A DNA stretch of 64,000 nucleotides from Promethearchaeota archaeon (GCA_008080735.1 SHMW01000003.1:60571-124570), one strand, 5' to 3'. Shown: positions 1-10,574, counted from the stretch's first letter. Notes: generated by a model not told the origin, from the letters alone. Translations and numbers: made by a program.

Positions 1-278
1 ATATTTATATCACTAGGAGGATAATCATAATGTCCCGGACAAGATCCACTTTCGATGATTACTGAAACAATTCCCTCATCTCCGATAACTTCTTGAGCAA
101 AATCTCTTAAAACATGAGTCGTAGCGACAACTTTCACTTCACTATTAGAAGGTTCAATATCATTTTTATTTGTAATTATTGTCCTATCGCTGAATATTTT
201 CAGATTTGCCAAACCAAATAAAAATATCAACGATAATGCAATAAATGCCATTTTAAACTTTTTTTTCATAAAATCCAT
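1..278 (-). CDS. Metal ABC transporter substrate-binding protein (ZnuA/TroA family), N-terminal part; runs off the window edge
   Basis: Manual translation M(DFM)KKKFKMAFIALSLIFLFGLANL...VKVVATTHVLRDFAQEVIGDEGIVSVIIESGSCPGHYDYPPSDI shows a signal/anchor helix, the VVAT...L.DF...I.GD motif and a PxHYD motif like DPHxYE. Start at 278 or 269. Confidence 0.75.
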   Translation of the reverse strand, partial: MDFMKKKFKMAFIALSLIFLFGLANLKIFSDRTIITNKNDIEPSNSEVKVVATTHVLRDFAQEVIGDEGIVSVIIESGSCPGHYDYPPSDIN

Positions 279-487
279 CTCTAATTTAGGAGTATTACTC
301 TCTTCTAGTCTAGTATTACTTAAAAATATTACTAGTTTTGAAGACCGTATGAAAGGGAAACAGAACTATAGCTTGGATTCACAAAATACATTTTAAGTTT
401 TTGGGATTTAAAAATAAAAGAAGATGAATTCCAATTTTTCAAAAACTAATCTTAAAAATTAAAAATAAGATCTTTTTTAACATAAAT

Positions 488-1366
488 ATGGAAATTTCTA
501 TTTTTTACTTTTCGGGGACTGGGAACACCTGGTGGGTGTCTAAGAAGCTAAAATCTATTTTTAATCAGAAAGGGCATCACGCGGAAATTTATTCTATTGA
601 AAAGAATAAAACCAATTTAGAGAATGACTTTTTAAAAATTGTGGATAAATCGGATTTAGTAGGAATTGGATATCCAGTATATGGTTCCAGCGTTCCGAAG
701 ATTATGAAAGATTGGGTGAATGAATATTTATGTAATTATACTAAATCTAATCAAAAGAAAAAGAGCGCATTCGTGTTTGATACGATGGCTCTCTTTAGCG
801 GTGATACGCCATTAAAAATGAGAAAATTGCTTGAAAAATGTAATTTTAAGGTAAAACAAGCAATTAATATCCGCATGCTTTCAAATCTGCCTCAAATGCC
901 TCGTATTATGACTTGGGAAGTGGATAAACAGCAAGAAGTTTTTGAAAAGGCAGAAGCGAAATGTAATAAGTTAGTCAATAAAATATTAGAAGAAAAAAAA
1001 TGGGTAATGCGGAGAGATCCGTTTAGCAGATTACTGGGTTGGATACAGAGAGTGGGACTTCGCTTGGAAGGAAAAAAAATAAAGGAATGGTATGAAATCG
1101 ATGAAGAACGATGTACTTTATGCAAAAAATGCGTGAATTATTGTCCTGTAGATAATTTATCGATTGAAGGGAATAATGGAGATGTTCAGGTTGTGTTTGG
1201 AGATGATTGTATATATTGTATGCGCTGCTTCAATTTTTGTCCTGAAAATGCGATAATAATAATGGAGCGAACAAGAGATACAGACCGATATCGTCGATTC
1301 AGAGGGCAAATACCAGATTTCAAACTCTCAAAAATCCGAAAAACAAAAGAGCAAAACAATAAGTAA
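488..1366 (+). CDS. EFR1-family flavodoxin-ferredoxin fusion protein
   Basis: N-terminal flavodoxin motif YFSGTGNT and GYPVY; C-terminal 2x[4Fe-4S] motifs CTLCKKCVNYCP and CIYCMRCFNFCP. Confidence 0.85.
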   Translation: MEISIFYFSGTGNTWWVSKKLKSIFNQKGHHAEIYSIEKNKTNLENDFLKIVDKSDLVGIGYPVYGSSVPKIMKDWVNEYLCNYTKSNQKKKSAFVFDTMALFSGDTPLKMRKLLEKCNFKVKQAINIRMLSNLPQMPRIMTWEVDKQQEVFEKAEAKCNKLVNKILEEKKWVMRRDPFSRLLGWIQRVGLRLEGKKIKEWYEIDEERCTLCKKCVNYCPVDNLSIEGNNGDVQVVFGDDCIYCMRCFNFCPENAIIIMERTRDTDRYRRFRGQIPDFKLSKIRKTKEQNNK

Positions 1367-1512
1367 AAGATTAGATGATTTTTTCTATAAGAATAAAACA
1401 ATTATTTATTATCTAAAGCGTGAATCTTTTTAGAAAAAAACTTAAAGGTAAATAGAAATAGAAACTGTTATAGATTATAGGAAATCTAAAATCTGTTAAA
1501 GATCTAATAATA

Positions 1513-1911
1513 ATGGGAAATCTCGAAGAAGCTATAAGATGGTTGAGACAATCTAAATTTGATTATCAAACTGCATCCAATAATTAGGATTTTAAATCAT
1601 ATGAATTGGTCTGCTTTTTATCACATCAAGTAGCTGAAAAATCACTGAAAGCTCTTTTATACTATATTGGATTACGCCCTTTCGGTCATTCATTAAAAGA
1701 TCTTGTTGAGGATATAAATAAAAACAAGGATCAGCCAGATCTAAATATACCTACTAAATGCGTTTTAGAATTGGATAAACACTACATTCCGACGAGATAT
1801 CCTACGCTTTTGTATCAGGAATCCCCACATGAATAATATTCTAAAAAAAATGCGGAAGATTGTTTAAAATGGAGCAAGATGATATTAGACTCAGCAGACG
1901 TGTTCTTATAA
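1513..1911 (+). pseudogene. HEPN domain protein, inactivated
   Basis: Reads MGNLEEAIRWLRQSKFDYQTASNN*DFKSYELVCFLSHQVAEKSLKA...GHSL...LDKHYIPTRYP...PHE*YSKKNAEDCL; in-frame TAG at 1585-1587 and TAA at 1834-1836. Confidence 0.8.
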
Positions 1912-2016
1912 AACATAAAAAAGAAATAGAAGTTCTGAAACAGTTTATGGATGAAATTAAGAATAAAATAAGAAATAAGCTAATTTAAGTCATTTTTATT
2001 GGGTCAAATGCAAAAA
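1911..2016 (+). pseudogene. Fragment of cognate minimal nucleotidyltransferase (MNT antitoxin)
   Basis: Reads KHKKEIEVLKQFMDEIKNKIRNKLI*VIFIGSNAK, resembling the MNT N-terminus (xxLFGSxA); abuts the HEPN gene, then truncates. Confidence 0.5.
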
Positions 2017-2092
2017 TTAAAAACTACATTTCTCAAGGAAAATTATCTTAAAAGGAAAAATTATGGAGAATTAGTTGAATACACTTTTAAGT

Positions 2093-2287
2093 TCATTCAA
2101 CTTTACCTTTGAATTCAAGATTCTTCTGCTTTAAAGCTTCAGATCTAAAGCATCCACAACATAAAAACTCAACCGCAGGATGATCCCACAATGTTATCAG
2201 ATATTCACGACTAAGATGATAATTCTGCCGTATAAATTCACCTAAATTAAGCTCTTCTCCACAATAGTAACAATAATTTTCTCTCAT
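2093..2287 (-). CDS. Small zinc-binding hypothetical protein
   Basis: 64 aa with CYYC...LW...EFLCCGC. Confidence 0.7.
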   Translation of the reverse strand: MRENYCYYCGEELNLGEFIRQNYHLSREYLITLWDHPAVEFLCCGCFRSEALKQKNLEFKGKVE

Positions 2288-2588
2288 CTTGATATAAAAG
2301 ATATAATTATTATATATTATATATCTTTCTGGTAGGTTTGATTTACCTCATATATTGAGTATATTGATACATCTTGATCACGGACAGTCTTCAGTTTTCA
2401 GAAAAGCTTTAAAAAATGGGAGTGGATGTTTGAATTTCGAAAAAAAATGCTCTCATCAAGAAAGATATAAACTATGGTCACATTCTAGAAAGGAGAATTA
2501 ATACTAAAAAGGATAAAATACTTAATCGAGTTATTATTTTACACACCAAATTGTTTCCAAACGAAAGCTATACATATTAAATTTCTTT

Positions 2589-3494
2589 ATGACTGATTTT
2601 ATCCAGCCTATTTTTGAGGATCACGATGATATATTTTTCATTGAAGGGAAATATGGCGGTAAAGTGCCCTTCTCTAATTGTCTCTTAATTGCCGACCATA
2701 TCATAGATACGGGGATCTCAGCATTATATTTGAAGAGGTTAAGACATAAATTTACTATTAGGAAAGTTCTATTTAGCCATTGGCATGATGATCATATTAG
2801 GGATAATAGAATCCTTGAAGATATTCCCTTTTATTGTCATCCGAAATGTAAACCCATTATTGAAGATATAGATAAACTGCTTGATTTATACGCTATTCGA
2901 GGAACGCCCGTTGAGATTAAATTTAAGGAATATCTCTCGGATGTAATTGATGTGTATAATACTAAAATTAAGGGATCGTTTAGTCCAGGGGATGTTTTTC
3001 AAATAGGAAGCTATGAAATGCAGATTATATCTACACCAGGGCATTCTGTGGGCCATTGCGCATTTCATATCCCAGAGCTTAAATTTGCTTTTATCGGAGA
3101 TATAGATCTCTCAAAATTTGGGCCCTGGTATGGTGGGACTGATTCTAATATTTCTGAGTTCATCGAATCCATCGAAAAAATCCGTAAAATGGATCTTGAA
3201 GTCGTTGCCACGGGTCATCGGGGAATCGTTCGGGGAAAAGAACTCATAAATCAACAGTTAATAAATTATAAAGAAATTTTTAATGCTCGAGAGGAAAAAA
3301 TTTTGTCATTCTTGACAAAAGAGCACCCGACAAGTCCCGAAGATCTGCTTGAAAAAAGTATTATTTATAAAGATTACCGCTTTCTTAAACCATTTTTGCT
3401 GGTAATGGAAAAAACAATGATCGATAAGCATCTCCAGAAATTGAAGAATGAAGGTAAAATAACTCAAGTTGCCGAAGGTTATGTTTTATCATAA
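2589..3494 (+). CDS. MBL-fold metallo-hydrolase
   Basis: SHWHDDH (HxHxDH), TPGHSVGH, GD and GH motifs; probable C-terminal wHTH-like region. Confidence 0.9.
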   Translation: MTDFIQPIFEDHDDIFFIEGKYGGKVPFSNCLLIADHIIDTGISALYLKRLRHKFTIRKVLFSHWHDDHIRDNRILEDIPFYCHPKCKPIIEDIDKLLDLYAIRGTPVEIKFKEYLSDVIDVYNTKIKGSFSPGDVFQIGSYEMQIISTPGHSVGHCAFHIPELKFAFIGDIDLSKFGPWYGGTDSNISEFIESIEKIRKMDLEVVATGHRGIVRGKELINQQLINYKEIFNAREEKILSFLTKEHPTSPEDLLEKSIIYKDYRFLKPFLLVMEKTMIDKHLQKLKNEGKITQVAEGYVLS

Positions 3495-3521
3495 TGAAAT
3501 GTAAGATTTAAGTGAAAAAAA

Positions 3522-4150
3522 TCAATTCGTTTGTCTTTTTATTTTAAATTTTAACCAGGCTTTTTCATCTTTTTCAATAATTTCTTTTACTTCGGAAATA
3601 GAATTAAAACCCGCTAAATCACCATAAGATTCCTTTAGGCTTTTTACTAAGTTGTGTGCTTGGTAAATCCCATCTGATTGAGCTAATTTATCATATTGGT
3701 TAGAATCCACCCCGCAAATTGCTTAATTTTTGGTTTAAAATAATCTTTCTCAACTTCTTTGGCAATCTGCTTAATAAATTCCTTTTGATCCTTTATAATT
3801 GAAGGTAATTCATGCTTTACAGCTAATCTCATAATCTTGTCTGAAAGAATAATCGCATCATCGAAATATTCTTCAGATCTATATTTTTGGGTTTTTCCCT
3901 GGATAGTGGGCTATTTTATTTGGATTGGTCGGAATGTAAGGAAAAACTCAATAAAAAACGAGATTCCAATCAGCAAGATTGAAAAATCCAGCATAAAAAC
4001 TCGACTAATAATGATTCCGAAGAAATTCACAGATGTGATGTCTGGGCTAATTATAACAGAATTAATGATAGCATGTACGATTACGAGCCCAGATAATAGT
4101 AGAGAAATTGCCAATATATGAATCATCACTTTTACTCGAGTTTTATTCAT
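3522..4150 (-). pseudogene. Interrupted hypothetical gene (two N-terminal TM helices plus helical region), or a small membrane ORF followed by a frameshifted ORF
   Basis: ORF 3911-4150 ends in TAG, but the frame stays open (PTIQGKTQKYRSEEYFDDAIILSDKIMRLAVKHELP...QFAGWIL) until about 3702. A frameshift there joins ORF 3522-3710. Confidence 0.5.
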
Positions 4151-4371
4151 AAAAAATAATCACCTTGTATTGACTTTGTATCGATTGTTTATTTAGTCAA
4201 ACTGAATATGAAAAAACTCCTTTAAAATTATTTCAGTCTCTGGTTAATATTGTTCTAATGATACAAAATAATAAATTCAGTCGTAAGGAAGTAATAAATC
4301 CAAAACATTTCTGGGATTTATTATGGTTAAATCATATTTTTATCAGGTAGCAATTATTAAAATAAAATAGT

Positions 4372-4392
4372 TATATTGGATATATTAGTATA
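4372..4392. promoter_or_regulatory. Candidate transcription-factor site shared with the gdhA upstream region
   Basis: Reverse complement TATACTAATATATCCAATATA matches 10477-10497 (TATACTAATATAGCTAATATA) at 19/21. Confidence 0.3.
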
Positions 4393-4633
4393 CCAGATTT
4401 TATACATTTAACTTAAATTATATTAAATAACTCATATTATAAACAATAACTAATATAATATAGATTTGTATAAGATACCTTCAGTATGAGGGTTTTGAAT
4501 GCAAATTTATTGCGAAAATTTACTAATTACTCCAATGCGTCATCCTTAAAAACGATGGTTGCTTCTGAGTAAAATTGGTAAATATAATTTATAAAAAATG
4601 AATGAAACTGACAATAAAGAATAGTGATATAAA

Positions 4634-6280
4634 ATGACAAAGTTTAATATGATTACCCACAGAAACAGCATGCTTGGTACAAGAACGCGTGTTGAGGATT
4701 CCTGTGAATCTGGGCTATGTCCTATCTGTATTGCAGACTGCCCCGTATTTTGCGAGGTTTCCAAATCTGCTCTTCGTGGGAGAGAAGTCCTATATCCGAT
4801 GAGAGAATATTTTGGAGATTCAACTGCTGGAACTCCAAAAGATTTTGGATTTAGTTATAGTGATTTCCAGATTCAATTTGAAGTCAGAGGAGCAGAAGGT
4901 ATTGAAGCTCACGAGGATTCCGTAATTTTTCCTAATGCCGATGTATCTTCTCGATGGGGGAACATTGAGCAAAAATTGCCCATCGTGATTGCGGGATTAG
5001 GAAGTACATATGTTGCAAAGCAAAATTGGGAAGGCTTGGCGGAAGGTGCGGCTATGGCTGGTGTGAGCATAACGGTTGGAGAAAATGTCGTAGGAATGGA
5101 TCCCAATGCGACATTCGAGAATGGTGGAGAATATCCACAAGTTGTTGATACCGAAGATATGAAATTCCGAGTTGAGACTTTTCGAGATTACTGGGACGGC
5201 AAGCACGGAGATGTTATCATTCAAAAAAACGTGGAAGACACTCGATTGGGAGTCTTTGATTATGTAACGTCAAAATTGGATATCGAATCCCTTGAAATTA
5301 AATTCGGTCAAGGTGCAAAAGCCATTGGAGGAGAAGTAAGACTTAATACTTTAGAACGAGCTCAATTGCTGCAAGATCGTGGATATTTAGTTATACCCGA
5401 CCCATCCGATCCAGTTGTTATTGATCAATGGAAAAAAGGGTTAATTCCTGATTTCGAGAGACATAGTAGAGTCGGTTTATCTAGTACCGAGGATGTATTA
5501 GAGGAAATTGATTCTTTAAGAGAACGAGGAGTAAAAAATATATTTATTAAGACGGGAGCATATAGACCCGCCGCAACGGCTTGGATTATCCGAGTGGGTG
5601 TCGAAGGGGGAGTTGACGGAATGACATTTGATGGGGCTGGAGGAGGGACTGGTATGAGTCCCGTGAGCATGATGAATGAAGGGTCAATTCCTACCGCCTA
5701 TCTACAAGCATTAGTGATTGGCTGTTTGGATATGATTAAAAAGAAAAATCCGAACGCAAAAATTCCAACAATCGCGATGGCGGGTGGATTCGCAAATGAG
5801 ACGCAAATGTTTAAATCATTAGCGATGGGTGCGCCTTATCAAACATGTATCGCAATGGCTCGTGCTCCAATAACCGCAGCTATGAAAGGAGAGTATGTTG
5901 GAAAAGTAATCGACGAAAATACGGCGACGCCGGCGATGTTAAACAATTTAGGTTTTCCAAGGAATAAGGAGCCCGATACTTTAACTCTCGATGAGGCGTT
6001 TGTTGAATGGGATCATTTAGAACGAAAATTCCCAGATCAAAAGCTCAATCCTGCATCTGTGGGAGTTTATACCTATTTTGCGAGTAAGTTGGGTATTGGT
6101 CTGAAACAGCTTTTAGCTGGTACTAGAAAATTCAAGTTAGATTTGCTTGATAGAGAGGATATTGCGTGTATTTCTCAACGAGCTGTAGATGTATGTAAAC
6201 ATTGGGAGCTTGGAATAGATTCTCAAGAGAATCTTGATATGGAACTTGTCAAAAAAGAGATTTACAGCGGCAATTACTAA
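4634..6280 (+). CDS. FMN-binding glutamate synthase-family protein (stand-alone GltB FMN domain)
   Basis: EIKFGQGAKAIGGE, DGAGGGTGMSP and MAGG motifs; N-terminal Cys cluster CESGLCPICIADCPVFC. Confidence 0.85.
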   Translation: MTKFNMITHRNSMLGTRTRVEDSCESGLCPICIADCPVFCEVSKSALRGREVLYPMREYFGDSTAGTPKDFGFSYSDFQIQFEVRGAEGIEAHEDSVIFPNADVSSRWGNIEQKLPIVIAGLGSTYVAKQNWEGLAEGAAMAGVSITVGENVVGMDPNATFENGGEYPQVVDTEDMKFRVETFRDYWDGKHGDVIIQKNVEDTRLGVFDYVTSKLDIESLEIKFGQGAKAIGGEVRLNTLERAQLLQDRGYLVIPDPSDPVVIDQWKKGLIPDFERHSRVGLSSTEDVLEEIDSLRERGVKNIFIKTGAYRPAATAWIIRVGVEGGVDGMTFDGAGGGTGMSPVSMMNEGSIPTAYLQALVIGCLDMIKKKNPNAKIPTIAMAGGFANETQMFKSLAMGAPYQTCIAMARAPITAAMKGEYVGKVIDENTATPAMLNNLGFPRNKEPDTLTLDEAFVEWDHLERKFPDQKLNPASVGVYTYFASKLGIGLKQLLAGTRKFKLDLLDREDIACISQRAVDVCKHWELGIDSQENLDMELVKKEIYSGNY

Positions 6281-6366
6281 CTTTTCTTGTTTTTTTATTT
6301 TTAAACAATTTTTTTCAGCATTGATAGTATTTTAATTATACTGAGAGAATCTTAAATCGATTATTA

Positions 6367-7926
6367 CTATTCAAACTCAATCGTACTCGGTGGCTTATTA
6401 GAAATATCGTATAAGACCCGGTTAAAACCATCTACCTCATTAATTATTCTCGTGCCTATCCTTTCGAGTAATTCCCAATCCAATCTAGCAAAGCTTGCAG
6501 TCATAGCATCTCTCGATTCAACTGCCCGTATCGCACAGATATTTTGATATGTTCTATAATCGCCCATAACACCTACCGTTTTTAATGGTAAAAAGACACA
6601 AAATATTTGCCATAATTCATCATATAACCCTTCTTTCTTGATCTCCTCCATTAAAATATAATCTGCTTCGCGTAAAGTATCCAATCTCTGTTTTGTAATC
6701 TCTCCGATGCATCTAACCGCCAGACCAGGTCCGGGGAATGGATGGCGATCAATTATAATTGAGGGTAGTCCTAATTTTCTCCCAATTCTTCTAACCTCAT
6801 CCTTATATAAATTCTTTAAAGGTTCGATAATTTGGAGTTTCATATCATTAGGTAGAGTTAAATTATGGTGTGATTTGATTTTAGCCGAAGCTTTACTAGT
6901 AGCACTTGTTTCAACTCTGTCTGGATATATCGTTCCTTGTGCAAGAAATTCAATATTTGGATAACTATGTTCTAATTCTATAGTCTTCTGTTCAAATATT
7001 TCAATAAACGTATGACCAATAATTCGTCTTTTCTCTTCAGGATCTTCTATACCCTTCAAGTTCTCAAGAAATAGTTTTTCTGCATCAATATAATGAAAAT
7101 TTGAAAATCCTAACTTATCTTTAAATACCTTTTGGACCTTTTTCTCTTCGTTTTTCCTTAACAAACCATTATTTACAAAGATACAATGAAGACGATCTCC
7201 AATAGCTTCATGTAATAAAACCGCTGTAACAGAACTATCGACACCTCCGCTTAAACCTAAAATTATACGGTTTTTTTGACCTACCTGTTCTTGAATATCT
7301 CCAATAGACTTCTGAATCCAATTTTCTAATCTCCATTCTTTTTTACATTTGGCAATTTTGTCAATGAAATTGCTAAGGATAATGTTTCCCTTTGGTGTAT
7401 TGGTGACTTCGGGGTGAAATTGGACACCATAAATATACTGTTCTTCATTTTCATAAGCGGCGATTGGGCAAGTATTTGTTTCTGCGATGGGTCTAAATGC
7501 TTTGGGCAATTTTTTTACTTGATCTCCATGTGACATCCATACCACTTCTTCATCATGAAGCCCCTTTAATAATGGAGTTTCTTCCAATTTATAGAGAATC
7601 GTTTTTCCGTATTCTTTTCTATTGTGAGGTTCTATTGTACCTCCTAATTGGTGGACAATTAGATGATGACCATAGCAGATGCCCAAGAGTGGAATATTCT
7701 GGAATTGGACATAGCTATAAAACTTATCATGTAATTTGGGATCTCTATTATTATAAACACTTCCGGGTCCTCCTGATAATATGATTCCCTTTGGATTCTT
7801 CTTTTTAAGAATTGAAAGTTTACAATCGTGTGGCAGAATTTCAGAATATACACCTAATTCTCTAATTCTCCTCGATATTAGATGGCAATATTGCCCCCCG
7901 AAATCTATAACGATTATTTTATCCAT
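6367..7926 (-). CDS. guaA: GMP synthase (glutamine-hydrolysing), fused GATase and ATP-PPase
   Basis: DFGGQY, GICYG, QFHPE, SGGVDS, IKSHHN, RHPFPGPGLAVR, KPPSTIE. Confidence 0.97.
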   Translation of the reverse strand: MDKIIVIDFGGQYCHLISRRIRELGVYSEILPHDCKLSILKKKNPKGIILSGGPGSVYNNRDPKLHDKFYSYVQFQNIPLLGICYGHHLIVHQLGGTIEPHNRKEYGKTILYKLEETPLLKGLHDEEVVWMSHGDQVKKLPKAFRPIAETNTCPIAAYENEEQYIYGVQFHPEVTNTPKGNIILSNFIDKIAKCKKEWRLENWIQKSIGDIQEQVGQKNRIILGLSGGVDSSVTAVLLHEAIGDRLHCIFVNNGLLRKNEEKKVQKVFKDKLGFSNFHYIDAEKLFLENLKGIEDPEEKRRIIGHTFIEIFEQKTIELEHSYPNIEFLAQGTIYPDRVETSATSKASAKIKSHHNLTLPNDMKLQIIEPLKNLYKDEVRRIGRKLGLPSIIIDRHPFPGPGLAVRCIGEITKQRLDTLREADYILMEEIKKEGLYDELWQIFCVFLPLKTVGVMGDYRTYQNICAIRAVESRDAMTASFARLDWELLERIGTRIINEVDGFNRVLYDISNKPPSTIEFE

Positions 7927-8115
7927 TTTTTAGTGTTTTTTAATATTTTAAAATATATTCGCTATTCGTAAGTTTGATAAATGCACTATTATCGAGCTGG
8001 AAATAATTCCACCTTATTAATAATAATCCTCAGTCGGCAATTAATTTTTCAGTTAATGAACAAATTTTATTTTTAACCCTTCTAATTACAAATTATTAGA
8101 AGTTTGTGATGAATT

Positions 8116-9024
8116 TTGAACTATACGATTATATCGAAAAAACAGTTGGATTCTCAAGGTTGTCTCTATGAAATGGTATTATCTACCCCCTTGATAGCCC
8201 AGAAAGCTCGCGCGGGGAACTTTATTCTGCTGAGAATCTATGAAAAAGGAGAAAGATTCCCACTTACAGTCGCAGACTATAATCGCGATGAAGGAACAAT
8301 TACGATTGTTTTTCAAGTTGTTGGAAAGAGTACGGAGCTTTTGTCAACCCTTAACATTGGTGAAGATCTTTTAGACGTCGTGGGACCTCTGGGAAATGAT
8401 ATCCATTTAAAAAAATATAAACACCCTGTTATTGTTATAGGAGGGGGTGTAGGAATTGCACCCGCCTACCCACAAGCGAAGGAATTAAAACAAGCAGGGA
8501 ATACGATTATCTCCATTATCGGTGCTCGGACAAAAGATCTCCTATTTTGGAAGGATAAGATGGAACAAGTAAGTGATGAGCTTATAATTTGTACTGATGA
8601 CGGAAGTGAAGGAATTCACGGAGTCGTTACCGATCCATTGAAAGATATAATCGCAAATAAGCCTATTAGCTTGGTTATTGCGATTGGCCCGTTGGTTATG
8701 ATGAAGTATGTTACGTTAACTACTAATGGGGAGAAAAATCTTCCTAAGATAAAAACAATGGTTTCTCTAAATACTATAATGGTCGACGGTACTGGTATGT
8801 GTGGAGGATGTCGGTTTAAAACCAACGATGGTGAATTTTATTTCGCATGTGTAGATGGACCTGATGTAGATGGACATATCGTGGATTTTGATAATTTAAT
8901 GAAACGAGCGGAAAGGTTTTGTACTCAAGAAGAGGAATCGCTGCATATTCATCGATGTTGGTGCGAAAGTATAGCCAAATCTAACAATCAAATAGGAGAT
9001 GAATATGGCGAATTCGAGAAATAA
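8116..9024 (+). CDS. nfnA: NfnA/SudB-type FAD/2Fe-2S electron-transfer subunit
   Basis: GERFPLT, GPLG, GGGVG, MVDGTGMCGGC...CVDGP; overlaps the next gene. Confidence 0.88.
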   Translation: MNYTIISKKQLDSQGCLYEMVLSTPLIAQKARAGNFILLRIYEKGERFPLTVADYNRDEGTITIVFQVVGKSTELLSTLNIGEDLLDVVGPLGNDIHLKKYKHPVIVIGGGVGIAPAYPQAKELKQAGNTIISIIGARTKDLLFWKDKMEQVSDELIICTDDGSEGIHGVVTDPLKDIIANKPISLVIAIGPLVMMKYVTLTTNGEKNLPKIKTMVSLNTIMVDGTGMCGGCRFKTNDGEFYFACVDGPDVDGHIVDFDNLMKRAERFCTQEEESLHIHRCWCESIAKSNNQIGDEYGEFEK

Positions 9025-10402
9025 AACTAGGCAAACAATGAAAGAGCAAGATCCAAAAGAAAGAATAAAAAATTTTGAAGAAGTTCCTTTTGGATATTCA
9101 GAAGAAGAGGCCATATTGGAAGCTGAACGATGTTTGCAATGTGCAAAACCCTTGTGCATTAAGGGGTGCCCTGTTGATGTCGATATCCCTGAATTTATTG
9201 GACACATAAAAGAGAGAGAATTTCGTCAAGCCATCGATTCGATCAAAGAAAAAAACATTTTACCCGCTATTTGTGGACGAGTTTGTCCTCAAGAAATACA
9301 ATGTGAGAATCAATGTGTTCTCGGAAGAAAGGGGGACCCCATTGCGATTGGGTCATTAGAGCGTTTTGTTGCAGATTGGGAACGAGAAAATCAATTAAAA
9401 GCATGCCCAGAATGCAAACCTCCTAATAATATCAAGGTGGCGGTTGTTGGTTCTGGTCCCGCAGGATTGACGTGTGCCGCGGACTTAGCCAAATTAGGTT
9501 ATGATGTAACGATTTTTGAAGCATTTCACGCGCCTGGCGGGGTGTTAATGTATGGAATCCCCGAATTTCGTTTACCAAAAGAAATTGTAATGGACGAGGT
9601 TGAGACTTTAGAGATGCTCAGTGTAAAACTTCGTTATAATGCGGTCATTGGCAAATTGTTTACTCTTGAAGATCTAAGAGAAATGGGATTCAAAGCATTC
9701 TTCTTAGGTGTTGGCGCGGGATTACCTATTATTTTAAAACTGCCGGGAACAGGTTTAAATGGTGTCTTAACGGCTAATGAGTTCTTAACGCGTACCAATT
9801 TAATGAAAGCATATAAATTTCCAGAATATGATACTCCCATTAATGTAGGTAAGGAAGTGACTGTAGTGGGTGGTGGAAATGTTGCTATGGATTCAGCGCG
9901 AGTAGCACTTCGATTAGGTGCCAAAAAAGTGACTGTAGTTTATCGGCGGAGTGAAGTAGAGATGCCCGCCAGAAGAGCTGAATATCATCACGGAAAAGAA
10001 GAAGGGATAGAATTTCGGTTTCTTACAAATCCAATACGATTAATTGGAGATGAAGAGGGAAATGTCGTTCAAATGGAGGTCATTAATATGGAATTAGGGG
10101 AGCCCGATGATTCTGGAAGGAGACGACCTATCCCAATTAAAGGTTCCGAGCATCTTATAAAAACAGACATGGTTATATTAGCGATTGGAACCCGAGCAAA
10201 TCCATTACTTACGAAATCAATCCCAAGTTTAAAACTTAATAAATGGGGATATATCAAGACAGACGAATGTGGAAGCACTAACCTTGAAGATGTATTTGCG
10301 GGAGGAGATATAGTTACCGGTTCAGCTACAGTAATAAGTGCGATGGGAGCTGGGAGAACTGCCGCAACTGCTATTCATCACTATTTAGAGAACTCTAAAT
10401 AA
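8999..10402 (+). CDS. nfnB: NfnB/SudA (GltD-like) NADPH-dependent flavoprotein
   Basis: EAERCLQC..P.C..GCP, CGRVCPQEIQC, GSGPAG, YGIPEFRLPK, GGGNVAMD, GGDIVTG. Confidence 0.88.
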   Translation: MNMANSRNKTRQTMKEQDPKERIKNFEEVPFGYSEEEAILEAERCLQCAKPLCIKGCPVDVDIPEFIGHIKEREFRQAIDSIKEKNILPAICGRVCPQEIQCENQCVLGRKGDPIAIGSLERFVADWERENQLKACPECKPPNNIKVAVVGSGPAGLTCAADLAKLGYDVTIFEAFHAPGGVLMYGIPEFRLPKEIVMDEVETLEMLSVKLRYNAVIGKLFTLEDLREMGFKAFFLGVGAGLPIILKLPGTGLNGVLTANEFLTRTNLMKAYKFPEYDTPINVGKEVTVVGGGNVAMDSARVALRLGAKKVTVVYRRSEVEMPARRAEYHHGKEEGIEFRFLTNPIRLIGDEEGNVVQMEVINMELGEPDDSGRRRPIPIKGSEHLIKTDMVILAIGTRANPLLTKSIPSLKLNKWGYIKTDECGSTNLEDVFAGGDIVTGSATVISAMGAGRTAATAIHHYLENSK

Positions 10403-10476
10403 TTAAGATTTAATCCTAATTTTTAATTACAATATTTTTCTTAATTTCTAATTCATATTCTTTTCTAATATTTAAT

Positions 10477-10497
10477 TATACTAATATAGCTAATATA
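10477..10497. promoter_or_regulatory. Candidate transcription-factor site (9-bp periodic CTAATATA) upstream of gdhA
   Basis: Tandem CTAATATA units; inverted copy upstream of the glutamate synthase-family gene. Confidence 0.3.
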
Positions 10498-10574
10498 CTC
10501 GATATATATAACATATAACTTAAAATATTGCCTTAATTCACTATATTATATAATACCTTAATTAACATAACACG

